A stretch of DNA of 64,000 nt from Lytechinus pictus (lineage: Eukaryota). Position numbers and translations under genes: made by a program. The stretch spans positions 31,312,001-31,376,000 of the forward strand of contig NC_087251.1 in NCBI RefSeq assembly GCF_037042905.1, in the 5' to 3' direction. This document shows, one piece after another, positions 15,401-27,400 of this stretch. The notes beneath the pieces were generated by a model. The model ran no database searches. It worked only from the letters and a program-made list of their open reading frames with translations, and was not told where the DNA came from. Within the stretch, counting starts at the first letter, position 1. Each line of letters begins with the position of its first letter.

Positions 15401-18400
15401 AATAAGTACACAATAAGAACAAAATGACTAAAGAAAACTATATCTATAATAACACAGACTCTGAAGAACCGAAAAGTGTTTATGCAAGATAATTTTAGTC
15501 ATCCTTGGCCCAATAAGAAAAAAAACAAACAAATAAGACTTGCAACATCTAAGCACATGGTTTGGGAGAACTGGCATTTTTACAAGTTGAAAGATGCATT
15601 GCGGGTACATTTCTAAAGGAAATCCAAGTAAATTACAATACATTACAGGCAATGGTAAGGACTTTATAACAAGTATTTCTAGCATTTTAAGAGAAAAAAA
15701 TATTTAAGTACGCAACAGATCAATTTCATGAAATAACTAACTCTTCTTTACGTCTGACCCCCATTTTTCACCATTCTTACTTTCCTTCATTAACTGGTCA
15801 TGACATGATAATTTGAAAGCAAAGCAACCTTTCATATGAACAAGAAAACAACAGGGCCCCATCTTAGAAAGAGTTGCGATTGATCCAATCGATCGCAACT
15901 ATGGATTGCCAGCAATGTCAACATCTATTATGCATGTTTGTTCAAAATATTTTCTAGCTATGATGTATATTCATGCATTCATCGTTGTCTTGAAAATTCA
16001 CTGTGCTTCTCTTTGTTTACAAAGGACATTGTGCACATTTCCTGTAGAAAAAATTATGACACTGATGGATTTCCATAGAGTTACGATTGATTGGATCAAT
16101 CGTAACTCTTTGTAAGGCGGGCCGAGATCATTTCACGTAGTAACCACATATTGAGGGTAGGACATACTGTTCAAGTTCAAGTTCAAGTTTATTCAAAACC
16201 AAAAACATCACATCATAATCAAAATAGATACACATACAACGTAAATGAGTACATGAACATACATCAATTAGATTATAGCATAGACGAATTGGTTTTAGGA
16301 CCCTACATACTAGATAGAATTGCCCAGGAGCAAGTTTCCCTATGTCGCCTGCTGATAATTGAAATCCACCTACCTGTCCACACTGCTTGCAGCAAAAGCC
16401 ATAGCAGAATTGATCTTCTTGAGCCAAGCAAGACTGCTGTCTCTCAGTCTAAAGATCAATGCCTTCATGCTGATCCTCAACTGATTTCTCAGTGAGGTAT
16501 CATCCGTGGTTAGGCAGTTCTTGACCAGGGTCTTCACGAGCCGGGTCTCATCTTCGTCAACAGGTTCAGCAGTTCTTGGTGAGTGGCATACCAGATAGAT
16601 AGTATCACCTCGGATGTCATCGTTATGATGGTGTGCTGCTTCTTCTAAGGTGGCTAAGTGATGTTGCTATCGAAAGAGGGGATGAAACAAACCAAAATCA
16701 TAAAAAATCATGATAATAATAATAATGTAAATTATACGGGAATGAGCACGTATCCACTCTGCAGAGAGCTCAAGACACTAATTGTTCAGCTCACAAGCAT
16801 TTCAAGGACTAAATATCAGGGATGCCAGTGGCAAAGGGTCCCAGGGCCTGAACTTTTTTGGATTGTAAATTATGCGTGCGAAGCGCACATGACGAGCGCG
16901 AAGCGCGAAGTCCCATTCAGCCGGGGTCCAGCTCTAGGGTTCTAAATGGTCTCTGATGCACTCTGAGCCTATTTTAGGGATCATTTTCCCAAAAATTTAG
17001 CTCAAGTTTTGGGCATTTTTTTATGTTGCAGAGCCTCAACTTACAATTAATTCATGAAAAATATTTATGTCTTGATGAAGTCTACAACTAAAGAACATAA
17101 TTAAACAATACATCGTGCTTTACCAGCGACATCGATTTTGCGAAAATAATCCGAGAGAAACGTTCCACTATTGTCTTTGTTCTCCAACCACTTCCACTGG
17201 AATTTGTTCTTGATTCCACTGTCTATTTGCTTAATGTTGGTTCCTCTTTCAACATCCATACTTGTTGAAAAATTGTGATTAAATCCACAATCGAAACGGA
17301 GAATCAGCTCAAAATAACAACGTGAATTGAACGGGAGCGCGAAAACACCGTGTACGGCCAGTGTAGGCATACTCATCGCGCAGCGAACGCATAGCCATGC
17401 AGCCCATGCCACTTATCACATTGCTATTACACTAGACCGTCGTTTTCTCAAAATTCAAAGTTACGTTCACAATCCATACACGTTATAATGTACGGCGATC
17501 AGTCAACACCAATCACATACATACAGTGCAGTCTAGCGTAATGCGACCATATACACACACACGCACAAAAAACCTTGATTAAAACTAGCGTTTAACTGAC
17601 CGGCTCGTACGAGTCTAATTCCATTATATCACAGGATTTTTTCTTGCACAATAGCTTAGGTACATATAACGGCCGTACGGAGCATAGACTTCTCATTGAA
17701 CGGCCGGATCTGGCCGTAGGCAGTTCTGTCCAGCCTGAGAAAACTCGACCAGCCGGAACTTAAGGTCGGAAAAATGAAAAAGCCGGAATTCCGGCTATAG
17801 CCGGAACTCTGGCATCCCTGTAAATATTATGTGGGTAGAGTACAGCATAATGTGGATGAATCTCTTGCCAAAGAATACTAACATGGCTTGGATAAGAACC
17901 CTAGACCTTCTAACTGAAAGGGGAGAGTCAGAGTCACTAGACCACAATGCCTCCACAAAAGTCTTTGAGATTAAATTGAAAAGAAAACCAGTCATTAATT
18001 AAAAAAAAAATTCACACTGTCCATCATAAATGTTTGACCCCCCATGCAGAGAGCATATAAGTAATTCACATTTGAATATGTAGCATTCCCACCTACTATA
18101 GCCACCTTTTTTTCCTTAGCTGATTAATCACTTGACAATTATAATCCTATTCACTTTCAAGGCCAATATAATCATATATCAATTTGAAAAATGCATTCAA
18201 AATATAATTTGGCAGAATACTCATTCTTCTTCAAATAAAGAACTCAAAATCACACAGAAAATAACAATCAAATAAGAATTTATCAAAGTACCGGTAAAAA
18301 AAAAAAATCATATTTCACGCTCCTTACCATCCACTCCTGCCCTTGTAGAATCTTGCAAGTTCTAGCTTGCTTGAGTAGGATGATCTTTCTATGAAGATTC

Positions 18401-21400
18401 CGTGCCTCTTGATCGTGACCACCTCTCATTATCACATTCACATCCAGCAACATAGGAAATGTTTCAGGAAATATTTTGAAGGTGGCTGGCAGCCAGGTAT
18501 TGGCAATGTTGTTCCTGACAAGTCTGAAGAGATGAAGGATGCAGAAAAGGTAATTTTACTACAAAAAATATCTGTAATCAGCACATATATCGATAATAGA
18601 TATCATCATCTTCATCAGATTTAACCAAGAGATAGATAAGCAAAACATTGAGAATATAATACTTTTAAAAATATTTTTTCATGATTATGATAGTCAGAGG
18701 TTTGCACACATTACACACTACACCAATAGGCAATCTGAGATATACAGAATCTTTAGAGCACCTAAATTGTAGTTGGCCTGTCTATTTTTTAGTCCTAAAA
18801 ACATTCAACACCCCCCTCTATTTTCAGGGTTTTCAGAATGACCAGTAATATTTAACAGGAAATATATCATATTTTGTGGGACCATCACTAATTGCTTGTT
18901 ATTAGATCTAAGAGTTTATGGTAATAATAATAAATTACACATATAAAATGATAAAAGAGCACTTGATTACAAAGATAAATCTGACAACACTTTCTAGTAC
19001 ATGTAGTTTATTTGACAGGTGATGTGCCAATCAAGTTTGGTCAATCAATGGCCTAGATACTTTTGCGGCTCAATTAATAGCAGAGTCTTGAGCGGTAAAA
19101 AGGGTTAATTCTAAATAAAGGACTACAGCACTGCAACAAAACAATAATGAATATTATTCAGAATAATGATAATAATGTTCACAAATTTCATTACGAGTAA
19201 GTGCAACCAAAATTAAAACGCTGAATCCATAAAAAGAAAGAAGTGAAATTGTTTAGTTCTTCATACTTACGCATTATTACTACAGAGGCCAGTAATAACA
19301 ACCTCTTGGAAATGTTTTGCCCAAATCTTTAATGCAGTCTCCTTGAATTCTTCCTTCCTTTCACCTTGGACCACAGCCGGGTCCTGGGCTAGCTCTGACT
19401 TTATCCCTGATATAAGTGTCTTATATGTCTCATTGGCTGCAAAGACTAGATGGTGTGTATCTAAGCAAGATAAGAGTTCCCTTGATAATCTTGGATGAAG
19501 GTCCAGGACAGCCGTAGCCCCTAGGTGAGGGATCAGGGTAGATAGAAGGGTGTAGCGACCTTTCAGATGAATGGGTGATCCTAGCAGTTCTTGGGCCAGG
19601 TATGTCAACAGCTGGTAATATGAAAAGGATTGAAGATTCAAGCTACTAATTAAAACTTAGAAATCTGAACTACAACATTTATCATCTTAAAGAATTCTTC
19701 ATTCATATCTCCATATATATAAAATTGTTGATTAGTAAATTGGAAAAACTATTAATTGCATGTTAAAAGAGTACATCTTTGTATCTATAATTTATCTGAT
19801 ACAAACACTGGTGATAATTGCTCTGTGGTAAAAATCCTACAATAACTTTTATTTTTCAATGACGGATATTTCACAGAAATTATTCTTTTTTTTAAGAGGA
19901 TAACACATGCTACTTCAAATCATACACTTACCTAAAACTCAACTGCACCATTTAACATAACCACTTAACAAGGAAATATTATTAAAGTATATATTGGCAA
20001 TTCCAACCCTCTTCATGTGTGACCTACCAGAAATTATTTTTAACTATTCGCTGGTTCTTGTGGAAATTTTTAATGTTCTAAAATGATCATTACTTGAGCA
20101 GCTCATTAAGTGGAGTATGAATGGCGAAAATGGGGTAAGACGATAACAATAACATCAATATAGAATTGCCAAATTGAAGATGAGAACAACGGTCAACGAT
20201 TTCTGCTACAACCTACCTGAGTATCAGAAGAGTTGAGGAGATGGCTTTCTGCTTTATAAGAGTCCAATAGAGAACTGAACAAAGCTCTGATCTGTTCTGG
20301 CACTCCATCTATGGGACTATGCCAATGTCTCCAGATACAGCTGAGGACTAGTTGAACCACATCAGAAGACCTTGTTAAGAACCTCTGGGCGTTGTTGTTC
20401 AGGAGGGACCGCAGATGCTGAAGGTGACGCTGGACACACTGAAGCCAGAGAGTGAACACTGGAGATTTGGAAAATGAAGAAATCATTGCAAATTATTAAC
20501 ACTTAGCACCTAGTACACATTTAATCCAACTAATAATTGGACAATAAACACTGGCGATGAATAAAGTAGCTGCCAGTTGTAAAATTGAAGAGATATCCCA
20601 TTGCAAACTACATTTAAAGGAGGAGATGAATGATCAATGACCTCACTATACCACTCACACACACTTACATATCTGCAATGATCTGCAGCAAATAAAGATG
20701 AAGATTTTTCTACAAAAATGATTACTCACACTGTATGGAGTGAAATTCAGGTGTATCTTGGCTGCTTAGGAGTTCTTGAGTAACGGTCAGGAGAGGTCCA
20801 ATTAAGAAGATTTGACCCTTTGTGGACAAAATGATACAGACAGTATAACAAATTTTATAAACAATGCCTATGACAATGACCCGTAGAGCAAAATCACAAA
20901 CAAATACTTAATTTGATACTTTGATACCAGTGAAATATAATTATGTAACAAGAATTGCCAAAGATGTTTAAAAGTCAGAAAAATAGAGGTACTGAAGGTA
21001 TTGAAGAAAAGGAACACATCTTGAAAATTTGATATCCTTTGATTAAGCAAATGAAAAAAAAATTGATGCAAGACACAATTCATCATACAAAAAAGCAACA
21101 CAATGCATTAAAAGGCAAACTCACTTCATTATCACCCTCCCCTGTGGGTATTCTCTCCAGAAGAATTTTGACATCTCCACATGTGATGAGACCGCGGGCA
21201 AGGCACAGAGCTCCAAACGCCTTCTCTGGTGGACTGAAATCCTGGAAAGGAGGGCCTACCAGTCTGTTGAAGAAGCCTAGATCTGAGTTGAAGTCCGTGA
21301 TTGACTGCGAGCTTCCTTTATTTAAAAAAGATTGGGTCAAGGATTAAAAAAAAAAATTGTTGTCAAGTGACCAGGCACCACAAAACCACCCAAACTATTT

Positions 21401-24400
21401 TCATGATCAATTTAAAGGTCAAGTCCACCCAAGAAAAATGTTGATTTAAATAAATAGAGAAAAATAAAACTAACACAACACTGAAAATTTCATCAATATT
21501 GGATGTAAAATAAGAAAGTTATGACATTTTAAAGTTTGGCTTATTTTTCACAAAACAGTGATATGCACAACTAGGTGAGTCAGTCGATGATGTCCATCAC
21601 TCACTGTTTCTTTTGTTTTTTATTGTTTGAATTATACAATATTTAATTTTTTACAAATGTGACAATAAGGACCAACTCGACTGAACCATATAGTATTAAA
21701 CAATGCTAATTCCACATGTTCGGGAGGAATTAATCATTGTTTTACTTGGCAATGAGGAGAAATTAGAATATTTCATATTTCATGTAATAAAATACAAAAG
21801 AAATAGTGAGTGGATGACGTCATCAGTCTCCTCATTTGCATACAGACCAGGATGTGCATATAACTGTTTTGTGAAATTAAGCGAAACTTTAAAATGTCAT
21901 AACTTTTTTATTTTACATTCGTTTTTGATGAAATTTTCAGTGTTATGTTTGTTGGATTTTCTCTTTTTATTCAAATCAACTTTTTGTTGGGGTGGACTTG
22001 TCCTTTAAATCACTTATGGGGTGTTTATTTTCAATTACTCCTATGTCTTGCAATTAATTGCAAATCTGTGATTGATTTGTAATCTGCTTCTCGAAACATG
22101 GAGTGTGATCTTATTTGCTACAATTAAACTTGATCTATCAGTTGTAAAATTGCAACCGAATATTTGCAATTGATTGCAAATATTTTCTTGAAACACCCCT
22201 TTAGAGAGATTATACACTTAAACATAATGACCCCCCCCCCCCAAAAAAAAAAGGGAAAAAAAGAATAGCAATTACTCCTAAATGTATACTTGGTTCAAGT
22301 TTGAAGTCAATCCTATAAATGGTTCCTTAATTATCATGAGAACGAAAAGGGAAAGACGGACAGGCAACCCAGAAACATAATCCTTACAGCAACAACCTAT
22401 GGTGGGCTGAGGCATGAAGATGTTTGACACCACAGAAAGTTTGAATTCAATCCATTAAATGGTTCCTTAGTTATCATGAAAATGAAAAGGGAAAGACGGA
22501 CAGGCAACCAGAAACATAATCCTTACAGCAACAACCTATGGTGGGCTGAGGCATGAAAATGTTTGACACCACAGAAAGTTTGAAGTCAATCCATTAAATG
22601 GTTCTTTAGTTATCATGAGAACGAAAAGGGAAAGACGGACAGGCAACCAGAAACATAATCCTTACAGCAACAACCTATGGTGGGCTGAGGCATGAAAATG
22701 TTTGACACCACAGGAATTTACTTATGGGATCTTGGGGATTATAGTTTGCCAATCTATTGAAGCACTCAGACTCATCCACCATTGTGCAACTTTAAGGTGA
22801 CAAAAGAAGGCTAGAATTCAATAGAAGGCTAAAAGTCAATAGAAAATCTATAAAAGGGTCATCAAATTATAGTGTTGGTAAAGTAATAAGGCACATCCTG
22901 TATATTGTTACTGACATGCCTGATCAATGCAAAGGCTTAACCATTTAAAATTTATGGGAGATCAAAGCAAATTAAATATTTTTGGTCTTCAGAAAAATTA
23001 AAAATACAATACAAAAAGGATAAAAAAGATGAGATTAAAATATCAGAATGGAACTCAATGACTGATGTCATACAGAACATTCATAACCGTAACTGCTGCA
23101 GAGATGTCTTGGAGACCTTGCTGCCTGACGGCCAAAAAAACAGAAAGACCAATAAGACATCTCCATCTTTGCAGTTTTTATTCGTCACAAAAACAATCAA
23201 AATATACAAAACATTCATTGCACTTCAAGTAAACAGAACATTGATACAAACTGTAAGTACATAAAAAATATCCTAAATAAATTATTCTGTACTGTAATTC
23301 AACTTGTACCCCAGTCTCGCCGACAGGACGATCCATAAACCAAAAAGAAAGGGAGTACGGTATTACCCGTTGGTCCACGATCGTCTTGGCGGCATCGCCG
23401 GGGTATAGCACAACCCCAAAAATATGAAATTCTCATGTATTTACATGAACGAACGTATGACATAAAAGAACACCACTACAACATGAACAGAGGATAAAAC
23501 AAACTCACAAAAAGACGATAAAAAAATACTAATCTACAGTGGTTACAATTTATGCGATGGGAAAATATTAATTTACGTTTTGCCATTTTACATTGAGTTT
23601 ATTAAGTTTGTTTTTCTTTTTTGCAACAATTTCCTCAGTAACTTTATAAGATAAAATATAATAATTAAATTGTCTCAAACTAAGGAGAGTTATTATTTTT
23701 TTTGCTGCGACTGACAAGTTAGAGACATTGCAGTGATGTCCCTGTAAGTGAGATATGGCTCAAGTTTCTAACAGACAAACAATATTACTATATATAGCTC
23801 ACCTTGGTGGAAGGAATGAAGAAGATTTATTGCCATGGAAACAGCATATTTAGGAGTGGGTGAGGAGTTGAAGAGCATTCCAACAGCACAACCAGACATT
23901 AAACCATTCTCTCTGGAAAATTTCTAACCATAAAATAGAAAAAAAAAGAAACACAAAATAGAAATTACAAATCCAACTGTTTCCTTCTGCAATTCATTCA
24001 TTTGAATACACAAGTAGAGGCAAGAAATCATTGGAGAGATTAATAACCTCTTTTACACATATATAATCAGGGGACACATACAAGGATGTAGTAAAGGCTG
24101 GCTTCAAGACCACATTTTGCCCCCCTTTGGCTTTGGCCGGGGGGGGGGGGGGGACACATGAACAAAGTCTATGAGAGATGGTTTTCTCCAGCTGCCTCCT
24201 GACTCTGAATTACCAGCCTCGACTACATCTCTGGACACGTAATATATCATATACATGCTGGCAGTTAAGAATTATTTGTTCAGACTAAAAATCAATTTGA
24301 TACAACTACCAGTAAGACTAACCTTACTACACATCATGATGACAAGATTCCCAACCAGACCCGACAGCTGGAATACCAAATCTCCTTCCTGTCCACTTCC

Positions 24401-27400
24401 AACCCTGTCTTGGGCACCATCAAGAATCCCACCAAGCTGCAGAGGGACAAGCTGGCACATCTGTAAGGCTAGTTTGGACAATGTTGAGCAGCATGCCGTC
24501 ACATCGGGGTGTAGGGCAGTCCCAGGGACATTGGATGAAACCTCTGCTATCAAGGATGTTGTCGTGCGGTTCATGGCGGCAAGGAATTGTGGGAAATGTT
24601 TTGCAAGTGGGCTATGTACTAATGGGCTCCCTTCTAGAAGGTTGGATACTGAATATGAAGAAAACATGGACATTTTGCATCAACAACCTCTCTCAAAATG
24701 GAAAAAATATTACTTTGTTGTACAATAAATACTATCTGTTTTTTTTGTATTAATTTCTCTAAAAAGAAAAGAAAAATTTATCAACAATTTTTATGTTATC
24801 ATCTAACTCATCAGTGAATTAAGCATGAGTTTTAAAGAGTATATACGAGCGCATTATAAGTTGCATAACTAGTAATATAAATCATCATTATTATCAGATT
24901 TAAAAAATACTCATAATAGAAAGAGAAAACTGAAAAAAAAGCCCAATAAGTTCTATTTACCTTTGGATGCTTGAATGTTCTTCATCAAGCCACCATTCTC
25001 TGAGACTAAAACCACAAATTGACAATCAATGACATCAGCTAACTTAGGACAAACTTCTGATAAAGCTTGAGCACCCTGTAAAAAAATATCAACAGTATGC
25101 AAAGATAGGCATACATAATTTTGATAATGCTACACAATACGACAAGAGGCGTTGAAGCTTTTATCCATTTATTTAAAGGTGGAATATGTCTCGTCCTTGT
25201 AAAGTCACACTTCTAACTTAGCCACCACCCTAACAGAGTAAGATAAGGTAGAAATATAAAAGGCTTATCATTTCTAGTTATTTTTCATATGGTAGGTGTT
25301 TTTGGTAAGGAAAACTTCACCCATTTTTCCCCTTTGATTTTTCTTTTTTTTTCTTTCACTAAAACCGTTATAATGTTTCAAGTCCAAAATAGATAAATAC
25401 CCCATCAAAAAATTCTAGAAAGAAGTTAGCCAACTTGAAGTTGATTTATCATAAATCAAAACCTGTTTATTCAAGAATGTACTTTTTTTTAAAGATGAGA
25501 AAAAATTCAGCTTGGATTCATAGCAATGAATCAAAATAAAATAATATAGATTCTGGTGTTTAACTCCTCTTACAATATCTCGACCCTGAAACCTAGAAGT
25601 TATGAAAAATTCTGAAAATTACATTAAACTGTAAATATATCAATCGTATCTGTTTTATCTTACACCACCTGACCTTATGCAGTTTCCTGACGAGCTTGAC
25701 ATCAATGGCTGCCTCAAAGAAGACCCAACAAAATCTTGATACTAAATCATCTAGAATACCCTGACTGGGTCTTTTGTTATTTGAGCTGTTCCGTGAAGCA
25801 GTACTTCCTGAAATTCCTTTTACAGCTTGTTGGGTTTTTGAAGTGATGCTGTCTGCAAGCACTTGCCATTGTTTGATATTTCTGTCATTCCTGAATATAA
25901 AAGGACAAGATCAAATATAGCCTACTTACTTTACTATCTTTATATAAAAAACTAATGTGTAATTTTGTGTATTATGACTTGAAGCAAGATTATCATGTGT
26001 TTTCATGGAGAATTTGACAACATTCAGACATAAAGTTTATGACCAGCAGACATTATGTAATGCTACTGGAAATTACTGTATGGTCAATCATTATCTCACT
26101 ATTCTCTGGCCCATCAGTTGCACACGGTGAAGCAGGCTTGGCCACAAAATTTCTGGGAGGAACACTGGCAGGGTTGGCAGTTTTTTTTAATTGTTTAAAA
26201 AAAATATTTTAATAATCTGATTTATTTGATTTAAATCAGATCATTTTAATTCAAATTTGATTTTTTTTTTTCTTAAACAAAATATTTTAAAACAATCTGT
26301 AAACACCCAAAATATAATCCTTTACCTGACATGAACTTTGAAATCATACATTTCACTACCCGTAAACTGGGGTGGGGTGACTTTGGACACAACAGGGAGG
26401 GGTATTGTTTCGTTTAATAGTAATGGTGGCGATAGTTACATTTATATAGCACTTCATATGTTGGTTTCTAAGCGCTATATAAATGTGACTATCACCACCA
26501 TTACTATGTTAAACGAAACAACACCCCTCTCTGTAGTGTCCAAAGTCACCCATGTGTCCAAAGTCACCCCAGTTTACGGGTCCTAAAATAATTCTTAGCT
26601 TTTTATTAACATAATTAAGTCAAGTCAAAATGGAATTAATAGAAAATATTAACATCATGAAGATGCTGAAAATTTCTGCTGTGTCTGCGTCCTCTGATGT
26701 AGGGAGCTCCTACTGACTGGTTCAATCCAAGTTGATGAACTGTCTTGGTACAGCTAATGCTGCATAGTTGGTGTTCCTATTCAAAGCTCTTAACATGAAA
26801 TGAAGATCAGTTTCTTTGAAAGCATTCCTTGACTCTGAGACTAACATTCTCCGAAGAGAAACATTTTTTTATTTTCAAGCCAAGGACTGAAGATCATATA
26901 TGTTAAAGACAAGTGGAACGCCTCTGGCAGTCTCGCCTGCATTACGCGATTTAATATAGCAGCAGTGCTAACTTTGAAAACTACTATAAAATAATCATTC
27001 ACAAAAACTCCATTCATATAATGACATAATACCACGTTCATTGACCATAAATGACATTTGAACGGTGACTTAAGACTTGTCAACTACATCCATGTCCACA
27101 TTTCAATCACTCTATCTATAAACTTTCAAAGTTATGATGGCAATTCAACAATTACCCCAACATGGCCTAAGTTTATTGACCTTAACTGACCTTTGACCTT
27201 GGTTTTGTGACCTGAAACTCACAGGGGATGTTCAGTGATACTTGATTACTCTTATATCCCAAGTTTTATGAACTAGATCCATAAACTTTCAGAGTTAGGA
27301 TGGTAATTTAACAAATACCCCCAACACGGCCAAAGTTCATTGACCTTTAATGACCTTTGACCATGGTCATGTGACCTGAAACTCGTACAGGATGTTCAGT

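Noticed and set aside
17795..17995. ORF as a THADA exon
   Set aside because: It is a degenerate SINE head, and the neighbouring exons join in frame without it.
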